From contig NC_057718.1 in NCBI RefSeq assembly GCF_004010195.1, forward strand, positions 63,596,987-63,654,741: 57,755 nucleotides of DNA. Reading direction: 5' to 3'. Shown here piece by piece: positions 36,907 to 49,110 of this stretch. The position numbers and the translations under genes are program-made. Each line of letters starts with the position of its first letter. Positions within the stretch are counted from its first letter, which is position 1. This stretch comes from Chiloscyllium plagiosum. Lineage: Eukaryota. Under the pieces are notes generated by a model. That model worked only from the letters and a program-made list of their open reading frames with translations. It made no database searches and was not told the origin of the DNA.

Positions 36907-39900
36907 ATGGCTAAGTGTCTTATTAAATGGTACACCTGGAACATTAAGGGAAGTCATTCGCCTGTTAAAAGGAAAAAGGTGCTTTCTAGCCGTAAGAGGG
37001 AAAGGGTTGATATCGCTTTGTTGCAGGAAACCCATCTTGATGATGGGGAACACCTGAAATTACAACAAGGGGGTTATGACCGGGTATTCCAGAACTATAG
37101 GGCATAGGTTCCTAAGGTGCAACCTTTTCACGCAGAGGGTGGTACGTGTCTGGAATGAGCTGCCAGAGGATGTGGTGGAGGCTGGCACAATTGCAACATT
37201 TAAGAGGCGTTTGGATGGGTAAATGAATAGGAAGGGTTTGGAGGGATATAGGCCAGGTGCTGGCAGGTGGAACTAGATTGGGTTGGGATATCTGGTTGGC
37301 ATGGACAGGTTGGACCGAAGGGTCTGTTTCCATGCTGTACATCTCTATGACTCTGACTAAAAGTAGAAGAGTGGCGGTACTTATCCAGAAAATCTTTAGT
37401 TCACATTATTAGAGCAGGTGAAAGATGAGCAGGGACAGTTTGTGATACTTAAAGCCCTCATACATGGGGAGGAATATGGCATTTTAAACGTCTACTGTCC
37501 GGCGCATCCCCTCAAATTTTTGATTAGAGCTTTCTCTAAGTTGAATACTTTTGGAACATGGCACATTATTATGTGGGGGGGGGGATTTTAATTGTCTTTT
37601 GGATCCGACCGTGGACAGGATGCCTTGTGGGCCCCCAACTATTTCTTCCAGGCCAAGCATGTTATTGACTTATGTGAGGAGTTGGGGCTGGTGGATATTT
37701 GGAGATGTCTTCACCTTACCGGCAGGGACTTCACCTTTTTTTCAAACCCACATAAATGTCACACGAGGATTGATCTCTTTCTGGCTCCCTCGGCCCTTCT
37801 GGATTCGATTATGGTTTGCAAAATTGAGAATATAGCTATCTCTGATCACGCGGCAGTATATTTTGGAGGTTAACCTTAGAATAGGCCTCACTCCTTAATG
37901 CCCCCTTGACAGTTCAGGAAATACAGGAGGCAGCTAGGCAACTTCAGAGTGGGAAAGTGCCTGGCCCTGATGGTCTTCCGGGTGAGTTTTATAAGGAGTT
38001 TATAGGGATTCTGTCAGGGCCGATGTTAGAGATGTACAATCACTCCAATATGCATGAATGCTTACCACCATCTTTGAGAGAAGCTAATATTTCCTTAATT
38101 CTTAAGGGAAAGGTTTCTGAGGATTGTGCCTCATACAGGCCCATGTTTCTATTAAATTCAGATTTCAAGATTCTGTCCAAGATCCTGGAGTTGAGACTGG
38201 AAAGGGTGTTGCCCACATTATCTAAGAGGACCAGACAGGCTTTATAAGGGGCCGTAGGTCCTCTAATAATATTAGAAGGTTGCTGAATGTGGTCCAAGTT
38301 TGTCAGCAACGATCGGTTCAGGGGTTGGCGATTTCCTTCGATGCAGGTGGAATGGCCGTATCTTTTTTTATGTCTCAGAACAGTTTGGGTTGGGTGGAGT
38401 CTTTGCTAGGTGGGTGGAGGTTTTATATCGCCACCCTCTGGCTGCGGTCATCACCAACAGGGTGAAGTCTGGGAATTGTACGACTGATTGGGGTAGTTAG
38501 CAAGGCTGCCCCCTCTCACCGTTGTTGTTTACGTTGGTGATAGAGCTGCTGGCAGAGGCCATTCATCAGAACGTCCACATAACCGCTCCCAAAATGGGAT
38601 CGAGGGCACACAAGATTACACTGTATGCGGATGATGTCCTTCTGTTTTTATCAAACCTGATAACCTCCGTACCCCATTTGATACAATGTATCAATTCATT
38701 TGGGGCTATTTCAGGACATAAGATTAACTTTGCAAAATCGGAGGCTATGCCTTTGGGGAACCTTAAGGATGAGTCAGAAGTTGAAGGTGGCCCTAAGTTC
38801 CCTTTTAAGTGGTACGGGCAGGGTTTTGATACCTAGGCATTTTTATTACCCCCAAGTTTGATCTGTTATTTCAGACTAACTTTGCTCACTTGCTCGACAA
38901 TATTAGGTGAGATCTCCAGAGATGGGAGGCTCTTGCGATTTCAAGGCTGGGCCGAATATCTCTCATTAAATGAATGCTCTTCCTCGTTTGCTTTATTCCA
39001 CGGGTATGCTCCCTATAATGTTTCCCAGGTCAACGCTGTGGAAGCTTATGAGGTGGTTTGGTTCCTTTGTCTGGCATCGTGGGCAGCCCCTCATCAAACT
39101 TACTAAATTGCAGTTGCCTCAAGGAGAGGGAAGATTTGATTTCCCAGACATCAGAAGGTATTAATTGAGTTCCCTACTGTCCTTTGTCTGTGATTGGGTA
39201 GGTAACGATCCAAACTCAATATGGCTGGATATTGAGGCCTCCCAAGCAAAGTGCCCTTTTATTAACCTGTTGTTCATGGATAAGATGAGGACAGTTATGG
39301 ACACTGCTGGAACCCCATTGTCATTACTACAGTCAAGGCTTGGAGGGCGATGTGTCAGTGAGGGTTGTTTATCCAAGACTTTGCCACTTACACCTATAGT
39401 TGGCATGCCAGGGTTCTGACCAGGGATGATGGACTCAGGGTTCAAACTATGGGCAGTGAGAGGAGTTTCTAGTTTGGGAGACTTGTTTGAGGGAGAGGCT
39501 ATGATGTCTTTTGAGCAACTGAGCTGCAAATACGGGTTACCCAGCAGTGATCTTTTCCATTTTTTTCAGGTTAGGGATTTTACCCAGAAGAAGACTACGC
39601 TTCTCACGAAGCCCTATAAGCCTGATACAAGAGGTTGTTGCTACGTCCCACAAGCACACTTTCGGTTATTGCCCTCTATCGCCTGCTGGGTGGCAGGGCC
39701 TGGCCTGATATTAACCAGCTATGTGAGGTCTGGGAGCAAGAGCTAGGAGTGGAGATCTCTTCTGAAACATGGGAGAACACATGGGAGAATATTCGAAAGA
39801 TCTCAATCTGTAATAGGACACGTGCTACACAGTTAAAAGTTCTGCACAGGGGTCATCTGGCACCAGACCGTCTGGCGAAGTTTAAAAAAGGGGCATCTCC

Positions 39901-40311
39901 AGTGTGCCCTAAATGTAAAATAAGTGTAGGTACTCTTACTCATTGCTTCTGGACATGCCACAGGCTCCGTGTTTATTGGAGAGATAGGGAGGGTATTGAG
40001 GACTGGAGTCAAAGTAGACCCGATCTCTCTCCTCTTAGGTCTACCGAATTTACCATCTTTAGACAGGCATGAGAAGAAACTATTTAATATTCTTGCATAC
40101 TGTGCACGGAAGAATATTCTGATGAACTGGGTACCTGAGAACCCGCCAGGCTGGCTGGGATGGCAGAAATTAATTACGGAGCACATTCCCTTGGACTTTT
40201 TTTACAAACATGATGCACCACACAACAGACTATTTTTATAAGACATGGCAGCCCTACTTGAGTTATTTGGAAACACATTTGTCAGTTGTCTTAACTAGGG
40301 CATTTGTTTAA
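36907..40311 (+). pseudogene. L1 ORF2p, disrupted
   Basis: TWNIKG..DIALLQETHL, GDFN, SDH, KVPGPDGLPGEFYK, LYADD and CCHC motifs. Many frameshifts, a CR1 insertion, and the EN-RT linker deleted at about 37872. Confidence 0.85.
37088..37355 (+). mobile_element. CR1 3' end fragment inserted in the L1 EN domain
   Basis: FTQRVVRVWNELPEDVVEAG and tail ctctatgactct. Confidence 0.9.
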
Positions 40312-41309
40312 CCAGGATGGTTAGATTTGTCAAGCCCTGGGCCCTGGAGGGGGTCTCCTGAGTTAATACAGGTATATATACAATGCTCCCGTTCCCCTGT
40401 TTGGGAGCTTTGCGTTGAGCATAGCTGTTCTGTATTTTTTGTGTTTTTTTGGTTTTATTTGCTTTTTTTTGGTGTTGCTTTGCACAGTGTTAGGGTTTGT
40501 TTTGTATTAGAGGGTAGGTTAATAGTTAGGAGATTGTGATTGTATTGTAATTTGTGTTTTTTTCTTTTTATTATACTGATATTTGTTATTGATTGTATTT
40601 TTCAATAATTTTATATGTTTGTAAAGTTAAAAAAAAATTTGTTAACACATATATTTACAAAAAAAATGCTTGACCATCCAGGACAAAGCAGCCAACTTAC
40701 TCAGAAACATTCATTGCCTCCACCACCAACGCACAGTAGCAACAGTGTGTACCATTTACAATATGTGCTGCAGAAATTCACTAAGGTATCTTAGACAGAA
40801 TCTTTCAAACTCACAACCATTGCCATGTAGAAGGACAAAAGCAGCAGAGACATGGGAGTATCACAGCAAGCAAGTTACCCGCCAGGGCACACACCACCCT
40901 CACTTGGAACCATATAATTCCTTCACAGCTGCTGGGTGAAAAGACTGGAGGGCCCTCCCTGACAGTACCTACATGATCTGTTAGCTGTTCGAGGTGGAGG
41001 ATCACCACTGCCTTATCAAGGGTAAATAGGGATGGGCAATAAATGCTGATCTAGCTTATGAGTTCCACATCCTGTGAACAAACAAAATAAACAGGAAAGA
41101 GGGTCACTGGTGACATTTTAAATAGTACAAACAACTGACTGAAAATCCAAGAAACCCAAATGGGAAGTTTTAACTTAATTTGTAACTTGCAAAAGGCTTG
41201 TCATTAGAAACTAGAACGTTTTGTGCATGATTGAAGAAATAAAAAGCATATCTGCACCAAAATATCTATACCTATAAAGCAGATCAAATGTAAAGATTTT
41301 AATTGAAAT

Positions 41310-41436
41310 GAAACAAAGAACTGCGGATGCTGAAAACCTGAAACAAAAACAGACTCCGCTGCAGAACCTCAACAGGTCTGGCAGCATCTGTGACAGAAAC
41401 AGTTAATGTTGACACCAGTGACCCTTCTTCAGAACT
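41310..41436 (-). mobile_element. PLE terminus fragment with degenerate hammerhead
   Basis: Reverse complement gttCTGAAGAagggtcac... followed by the PLE tail. Confidence 0.7.
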
Positions 41437-41744
41437 CTTCTTCAGCAACTAAATGAATCAAAAGCCATGAAAAATTATCTATCTTCTCACTGACATCATT
41501 TGTTCAAAGAACATCTGAACCTGTGCATCGAAACAGTACTAGACTTCAGTACATGAAGGATAAAGAATCTGACTTAAATTAGAGCAACAATGACCCTAAT
41601 CTCAAATCTTTCTCTTACCTCTGACTGGTGTAGTTATTCACAAATGAACATTTTAAATTATCAACTAGAATCGAGGCCGTGATGTATGAAATCATGCAGA
41701 ATACACAGTATAGGAAAATCAGATGCCAGCTGAATTTTATAAAG

Positions 41745-42758
41745 TCAGAAAACACACACCAGGTTATAGTCCAACAGGTTTATTTGAAACCACAAGCTTT
41801 CAGAGCACTGCTCCTTCATCAGGTGCAGTGAAAAGAAGTACACAGGCACAGAATTTATAGGCAGAGAAATCAAAAGATCATAGAAATGGTTGAAGTGGAG
41901 TGTCGACAGGCTGAATAACAAGTCTCTAGATAACCAAAAGTGTCAGACAGTGTGAGTAAAGTGTCAACAGCAGAATAATTGAGGCAGAGAGATAATTACA
42001 AAAAAATACAAATAAGGTGGTGCTGGAAACAAACCAAATGGCTGAAATGACATGACAGGTTATAGCAGTATACAAGGGACTAACCAAAGTAACAAGTAAT
42101 CCAAAACTTTACAAACTAATTAAGGTAGAAACTTCATAATAAGTTATGGGTTACGTGTAGCATGACATGAACCCAAGATCATGGTCGAGGCCATCTTCAT
42201 GGATACAGAACTTGGCTATCAGACTCTGCTCGGTGATTCTGTGATGTTGTGCATCTCAAAGGCTGCCTTGGGGATGCTTACCTAAAGACCGGATGCTGAA
42301 TGTCCTTGACCGCTGAAATGTTCCCCAACTGGGAGGGAACATTCCTGTCTGGCGATTGTTGTGCAGTTTCCATTCATCTGTTGCCATAATGTCTGAATGG
42401 TCTCACCAATATACCAAGCCTCGGGGCATCCTTACCTGCAGCGTATGAGGTAGACAACAGTGGTCAAGTCACAGGAGTACCTGGTTGGTAGTGTTCCCAT
42501 GTGATGGTAGTATCCACACCAATGATCTAGTGTGTCTTGCAAAGGTTGCCATGGCATGGTTGTGTGATGTGGTCGATATTGTCCTGAAGGCTGGGTAGTT
42601 TGCTGTGCACAATGGCCTGTTTAAGGTTTGGCAGTTGTCTGAAGGCGAGAAATGGAGATATTTCCAGTTTTTCCCCAGGGCAGAGAAACTACGCCATGCT
42701 CTTTGCGGCCTTCAACATGTCTTCCAGGACAACTAACATCTTGCCAAGATCATGCCGA
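41745..42758 (-). mobile_element. Penelope-like element (GIY-YIG, pLTR) with inverted 5' segment
   Basis: Minus 42660-41745 reads LAFRQLPNLKQ...VVYLIRCR.GCPEAWYIGET...VGEHF, with hammerhead CTGATGA-AGGAGC..GCTCT-GAAAGCTT at about 41791-41825. Plus 42665-42758 reads FPRAEKLRHALCGLQHV..HLAKIMPT, the segment immediately upstream. Confidence 0.85.
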
Positions 42759-43039
42759 CACAGTTTGTTCGCACCATTTTTATTTCTCTCAATCACATCA
42801 GCACTTTGTTCATAACAGCACTGTTTGCTACCAAACAGTTCTACTGTGATTTTAGAAACTGATATCACAGCCTTTTAATCAATTTTATTTCATAAACATG
42901 CAGCAGTATCATAATAATCACAAAGCTTTCTTTCAACAACATTGCATACAGTACTATGGACTCATTTCAGTGCAGAAATAACTTTACAGCTAGTGAAGGA
43001 TTGTGACAGTGTAAAAGGTTTTGTTACAAAGGTAATTTG

Positions 43040-44716
43040 TGAGTCATAGAGATGTCCAACCCGTCCATGCCGACCAGATATCCCAACCCAATCTAGTCCC
43101 ACCTGCCAGCACCAGTCCATATCCCTCCAAACCCTCCCTATTCATATACCCATCCAAATGCCTCTTCAATGTTGCAATTGTACCAGCCTCCACCACTTCC
43201 TCTGGCAGCTCATTCCATACACGTACCACCCTCTGTGTGAAAAGATTGCCTCGTAAGTTTCTTTTATATCTTTCCCCTCTCACCCGAAACCTTTGCCCTC
43301 TAGTTCTGGACTCCCCGACTCCAGGGAAAAGACTTTGCCTATTTACCCTATCCATACCCCTCATAATTTTGTAAACCTCTATAAGGTCACCCCTCAGCCT
43401 CCGATGCTCCAGGGAAAACAGCCCCAGCCTGTTCAGCCTCTCCCTGTAGCTCAAATCCTCCAACCCTGGTAACATCCTTGTAAATCTTTTCTGAACCCTT
43501 TTAAATTTCACAACATCTTTCCGATAGGAAGGAGACCAGAATTGCACGCAATATTCCAACAGTGGCCTAACCAATGTCCTGTACATCCGCAATATGACCT
43601 CCCGACTCCTGTACTCAATACTCTGATCAATAAAGGAAAGCATACCAAACACCTTCTTCACTATCCTATCTACCTGCGACTCCACTTTCAAGGAGCTATG
43701 AGCCTGCACTCCAAGGTCTCTTCCTAGGACCTTACCATTAAGTGTATAAGTCCTGCTAAGATTTGCCTTCCCAAAATGCAGCAGCTCGCATTTATTTGAA
43801 TTAAACTCCATCTGCCACTTCTCAGCCCACTGGCCCATCTGGTCAAGATCCTGTTGTAATCTGAGGTAACTCTCTTCGCTGTCCACTACACCTCCAATTT
43901 TGGTGTCATCTGCAAACTTACTAACTGTACCTCTTATGCTTGCATCCAAATCATTTATGCAAATGACAAAAAGTAGAGGACCAGCACCGATCCTTGTGGC
44001 ACTCCACGGGTCACAGGCCTCCAATCTGAAAAACAACCCTCTACCAGCAACCTCTGTCTTCTCCCTTTGAGCCAGTTCTGTATCCAAATGGCTAGTTCTC
44101 CCTGTATTCCATGAGATCTAACCTTGCTAATCAGTCTCCCATGGGGAACCTTGTTGAACGCCTTACTGAAGTCCAGATAGATCACATCTACTGCTCTGCC
44201 CTCATCAATCGTCTTTGTTACTTCCTCAAAAAAAAACTCAATCAAGTTTGTGAGACATGATTTCCCACGCACAAAGCCTTGCCTTTCCAAATACATGTAC
44301 ATCCTGTCCTGAAGAAGGGCTTATGCCCGAAACGTCGATTCTCCTGCTCCTCGGATGCTGCCTGGCCTGTGTTTTTCCAGCATCACATTTTTCAACTCTG
44401 GTACTCCAGCATCTGCAGTCCTCACTTTCTCCTTCAGGATTCCGTCCAACAACGTGCTCACCACCGACATCAGGCTCACTGATCTATAGTTCTCTGGCTT
44501 GCCCTTCTTAAACAGTGGCACCACATTAGCCAACCTCCAGTCTTCCAGCACCTCACCTGTGACTATCAATGATACAAATATCTCAGCAAAAGGCCCAGCA
44601 ATCACTTCTCTAGCTTCCCACAGAGTTCTCGGGTACAGCTGATCAGGTCGGGGGGATTTATCCACTTTTATGCGTTTCAATACATCCAGTACTTCCTCCT
44701 CTGTAATCTGGACATT
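43040..44716 (-). mobile_element. Relatively young CR1 LINE, 5'-truncated
   Basis: 347-aa ORF 44087-43044 with INDLD..SKFADDTKIGG..LEYCVQFWSP; upstream DFSKAFNKVPH and NYRSVSL. Frameshifts present. Confidence 0.95.
44309..44432 (+). mobile_element. Solo PLE terminus starting exactly at the hammerhead core, inserted in CR1
   Basis: catcctgtc|CTGAAGAAGGGCTTATGCCCGAAACGTC...ctcactttctcc|ttcaggattcc. The uninterrupted CR1 at 19156-19175 reads atcctgtccctcaggattcc. Confidence 0.88.
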
Positions 44717-44719
44717 GTG

Positions 44720-45150
44720 TGGGAACAAAAGTGCTAAAAATCCCTTTCTTTACTGCATGATATTCTTCCTGCCACCAAACAAAAAAGTATTGGTAGCATA
44801 ATTGCTTCCATCCTGAATTATGGATTATGATGTTCACTTTGCCAGTGTCTGGTGGAGATACTGGATCTTCTGTTATATCATTCATGATCAGAATATGGAT
44901 TACTCCATGTATGAAAAGAAGTTCTCTTCATGCGTTCACGTACTCTGGAGGATTGCAAGTTTATATTCTACAATTGAGTTGTATTGATTTGTTAGTACTG
45001 TTCAAGTATGATAAAGTCATTTTTCGGGAAGGAGAGAACCACCTCAATATCAAAGTCTCTAAGTTGAATTGGTTCATTTAATCATCTAATTGCGTCAAGA
45101 CTAATGTCTATTGGTCAGGATCTGATCCTGAAATTAGACTATGTTCACCT
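44720..45150 (-). mobile_element. Very old LINE endonuclease-like fragment (possibly RTE)
   Basis: Weak motif remnants (DISLDAIR, GVIHILI, KVNIII); heavily decayed. Confidence 0.3.
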
Positions 45151-45167
45151 GCCTCATATTCTAAACA

Positions 45168-45383
45168 GGGTAAAAACAGATGCTGGAAACCAGATTCTAG
45201 ATTAGAGTGGTGCTGGAAAAGAACAGCAGTTCAGGCAGCATCCAAAGAGCAGGAAAATCGACATTTCGGGCAAAAGCCCTTCCTCTATTCCTGATGAAGG
45301 GCTTTTTCCCCAAACGTCGATTTTCCTGCTCCTCGGATGCTGCCTGAACTGCTGTGCTTTTCCAGCACCACTCTAATCTAGAA
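45168..45383. mobile_element. Fold-back PLE mini-insertion with 14-bp TSD
   Basis: Inverted arms of about 90 bp meeting at the hammerhead core. TCATATTCTAAACA at 45154-45167 and 45384-45397. Confidence 0.9.
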
Positions 45384-46929
45384 TCATATTCTAAACAATT
45401 TATTTTTGACTTCTCACATTGTCTTTTAATTCATGTAACTTTGATCAAAGTTGATGACATTGCTCTAAGTATTGCATTTAATATTTTTCAGATAATTTAT
45501 TCACTAATTCTCATATTACATTATTTTATCAACTTCTGTTTCCATCTATAGTGTTCTCAGCAATGTTTTATGAATGTTTCTCTCTTCTTAAACATCCTAT
45601 GTTCAATCCCCCTAGTTCACTCCTGCACCAAACTCAAAGCTCATTGCACAGGCTGTTATTCTGTATGAAACTGAAAAACAGAACTCCTCAACTCTCCGCT
45701 CTTTTCTTCCTCTTATATTTTAAATGCCTTGTGAACGGAATTTTGTGGCCATAATCATTATTTTTGATTAACTAAGTCTTTAATCGTTTCAATCTTAACA
45801 TCCTCCAGTGTAGGTCTTTGTTTTACAATCCTCAAAAGAAATATAAAAAAATCTTTTTTCTGTTGTATACCAATGTCAGTTTAATGGATGAGATTTCCTC
45901 CTGTTTGGGACTTAACTGTTGTATTGTGGTTTGTTTGCTTTTCTTCCCTCCAGCTGTATTTGGAAAAGTGTCAGCAGAATGTTTTAGATGTTATCTTACA
46001 CACATTCACAATGTGACAATCATTAATGCCTTTGCAGTTTTACTTACACATGCATGAATAATGATTGAATAAAATTCTGATTATTATTAGGAAAATCTTA
46101 AAAACAGAGGGAGAAAAGCTGATCACACCCACAACTTGCACATAAAAAATAAATTTGTCAGGTACTTTCCTATTGGAAAGAGGGTGAAATGTATACATCT
46201 CAGTAAAAAGTCTTTGCTGGCATTTATATTTAAACTTACTCCTTGGGTCAGTGTACTGGTTTCTGCATGTGACTAAAATGCTTGAAGTTTAAAAAACTCT
46301 AATGGACAATGGGAATAGACAGCAACTTGATAGAGGAAAGGCTCAGACAGACCCCTCATTCACAGGCAACCAGTTGTGCAGTGTCAGCAGAATTGCTCTT
46401 CATTGTGAGCAATTCCATGTTTACAGGCATCAATGTGGCTACCAAGGCACCAACTGACTAGCTAGGGATATTCCACAATTGGAAAATATTCAAATCAATA
46501 AATATTCACTTAGCATATAATTATAGCAGAGTTTTATTCCCATGAATACAGACTATCCTGGAAGCTGCTACTATGCTTCATCCTTCATTATACCTTAGTA
46601 CCATAGCCCTTCTTACAACAATTGGAAAACCGTAGATGGCTGACAGCAGAAAGAGCAGAGTTCTTTAAAGACGGCTGATGACACTGCTGCATAAACCCTC
46701 CATGGAAAGTCAAAAGGCTCAACAATCAATGCCATCTGAGTAAGCGTCAGCCACAATGATGTGGTGGTTCAGGTGCCTCGATGGGTTGGATGGTGTTCCT
46801 TCATGCTCTTTCGAAGTCTTATACATTATGTTGCCTGGCTGCATTCGTTATCATAGCCCTGGGGAGAGGTGTTGACTTTGATGAGAGGGAAGCGTTGGTT
46901 TGGCAATGCTGAGGAAAAAGGAAGAATAG

Positions 46930-48545
46930 GGATAGATAGCCAATGGTGAGAAACACCCAAATAATCCAAAGAGTGTTATTAACTACAAAGTAACCAAAGG
47001 CCACTATTGTCCTGAAGGGAAGGAAATATGTCATCTTTATTTGATCTGATTTACATGTCTCCAGACCCTCAGCAATGTTGACTTTTTATCTGCCCTCTGA
47101 AATGGTCAAACAAGCCACTCAGTTGTATCAAAACAAAGTCAAAAGCAAGGAATAAAACTGGCGTACAACTGGATATTGGCATAGGCACTGGAAATAACAA
47201 TGACAAACCCAGCCTGTCGACCTTCACCAGCATCTGGAGGTAGTACCAATATCAGGAGAGTTGTCTAAAGACTAGTCAAGCAACAACCTGACACTATTTG
47301 TATGGTATGATTCCACGAGAAAGATTATGACTCAGACACCATCATCACTATCCCTGCAGTCCCGTTGGCAAGACCAGAGGTGGTGACATAATCATAAATA
47401 GTTGTGAATGAGTTGCCTTGGAAATTCTCAACATTGATTCACCACCCCATAAGATCTTATGGCATCATGTCAGACATGGGCAAGGAAACCTGCTGCTGAT
47501 TACCAGCTATCTTGGCACATGAATCAGTTCTCCAGAATGTTGAACACTACTTGAAAGAAGCATTGAGGGCAGGGTGGGCACAGAATGTACTTAGTGTCAC
47601 CAACAATAACACAATGGCATCACTATTGACTGAGCTAGCCAAATCCTCAAGGATATTGCAGCTAGACTGGCTCTGTGGCAGGTGATGAGGGAATCAAAAG
47701 AGGGAAAAGCCAACATGACCCTATTCTCACAAATCTACCTGTTTCACATGCAGTTCTCCATGATAATATTATGGGGAGTACTGCATAATCATTTGAAAGA
47801 CAATGTCCCATCTTCACATCGAGGACTCACCTCACTGTGTTGTGTGATATTACCACCATGCTAAATGGAACAGAATTCTAAAACATCCAGAAACTCAAAG
47901 TTGGGCATCTATGAGGAGTTGTGAGCCATCAGCAGAATTATACTTAAACACAATCTGTAACCTCATTGGCCAGGCATATCACCCACTCTACCATTACCAA
48001 CAGGCAGACAGATAATCTTTTGTTCAATTAGGAATGCAGGATTGCATGCCATTAGCACACAAGGCATTCCAATAAATGAGGTATCCACCTGCTACAACAG
48101 GATTACTTGCAAACCAAACAATGAAAGTAGCATGAAACAGACAGGACAAAGTTATACCAAAACAAACAGATCCAAACTAAGATCTGCAGGTCTACCACAA
48201 AGTCACAAATGGTAGTGGATATTTAAACAATTTACAGATTGTTTACACTCTACTAATATCCTCAAATATAGGGAGGTCCAGCACATCACCGTTAAACTGA
48301 AGGCTGATACATTTGCATCTATCTTCAGCCAGAAGTGCTGACGGAATAATTCATCTTGGCCTCTCAGTTGCCAGTTAACAGATGAAAGTAAAAGCTATGG
48401 GCCATAATAACATTCTGACAAGATGACTGAACATTTGCGTTACAGAATTAGCCATTCCTTTGGCCAAGCTGCTCCAGTACAGCTACAACATTAGAATCTA
48501 TCTTGAAATGTGGAAAAATGGCCTGACGATACCCAGTCCACAACA
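46930..48545 (+). mobile_element. CR1/L2-group LINE 5' half, with the SINE core domain directly upstream of EN
   Basis: gggaaggaaatatgtcatc...ccagaccctcagcaatgttgact...tgccctctgaaatgg, then GELSKRLVKQQPD, TIITIP, GQGNLLLITSY and PLAKLLQYSYN..WKMA. Confidence 0.7.
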
Positions 48546-48574
48546 AACCCAGTAAAAGACAAACCCCAGGATGT

Positions 48575-49110
48575 AAATTGTGGGGCATTTCCATGATCAT
48601 GTTATTGAGTGTCAGGGAGTAATGAATAGATTCTCTGTTGTTCAAGATCATCATTATTTGGTACTTCGGCATTGCAAATGTTGGATGCCATTTAGCAGCT
48701 GTGGATCTTTTCCAGACCTTACTGCATATGAACACAAACAGTTTTAGTGTCTGAGGAGTTGCATCAAGTGCTGAACATTGAGTAATAATTTTTTGTGAAT
48801 GTCCCCATTTCTGACCTTATGATGAAGGGAAAGCTATGGATGAAGTAGCTGAAGAATGATTGGGCCTAGGAAACTGCCCTGAGGAACTCAGGGAGTCAAT
48901 GACCTCCAACAAACACAACCATCTTCCTTTGGGCTTGGTATAATTCTAACTAGTGGAGGATTTTCTAACTAAGGTAGGTTAGAAGAGTGTGAAGTTGAAG
49001 AGGGAGAGTGAAATGGGGAGGAGGAGGATGGTAGGACAATAAAATTCATGGTATCAATCTTTCCACCAATGGAAGAGTTTCCCTCCATCTATGCACTCTA
49101 GATTCTTCAT
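48575..49110 (-). mobile_element. Same LINE family, RT fragment in opposite orientation
   Basis: Reverse complement VVFVGG..., VPQGSFLGP and IIRSEMG. Confidence 0.6.

Larger units (their letters stand above)
35227..40667 (+). mobile_element. L1-clade LINE with both ends, internal deletion, non-functional
   Basis: 5' CAAGATGGCGGC (YY1-type), ORF1, ORF2 (EN, RT YADD, CPKC..HCFWTC knuckle), GT-rich 3' UTR and A-rich tail. TSD GCTTGACC at 35219-35226 and 40668-40675. Confidence 0.92.
35140..41085 (+). mobile_element. 3' fragment of the same CR1/L2-group LINE (35140-35226 plus 40668-41085), split by L1
   Basis: ...SAAPTTLKKLD | L1 | LTIQDKAA...HQRTVATVCTIYNMCC, then tail gggatgggcaataaatgctg at about 41030. 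Confidence 0.8.

Noticed and set aside
41610..41720. Minus-strand AG|GTAAG donor as the upstream PDE10A exon
   Set aside because: No LTDEKVKAYLSLHPQ-like peptide in the adjacent sequence. That exon probably lies beyond the window.
43044..44087. Longest ORF (347 aa) as a functional or domesticated RT gene
   Set aside because: It is the C-terminal half of a 5'-truncated CR1 ORF2, frameshifted upstream and interrupted by a PLE insert.
45168..45383. DNA-transposon MITE interpretation of the hairpins
   Set aside because: The arms are PLE termini with hammerheads, they are asymmetric (one arm has an extra tail), and TSD lengths vary from 9 to 15 bp. This fits retrotransposition rather than a transposase.
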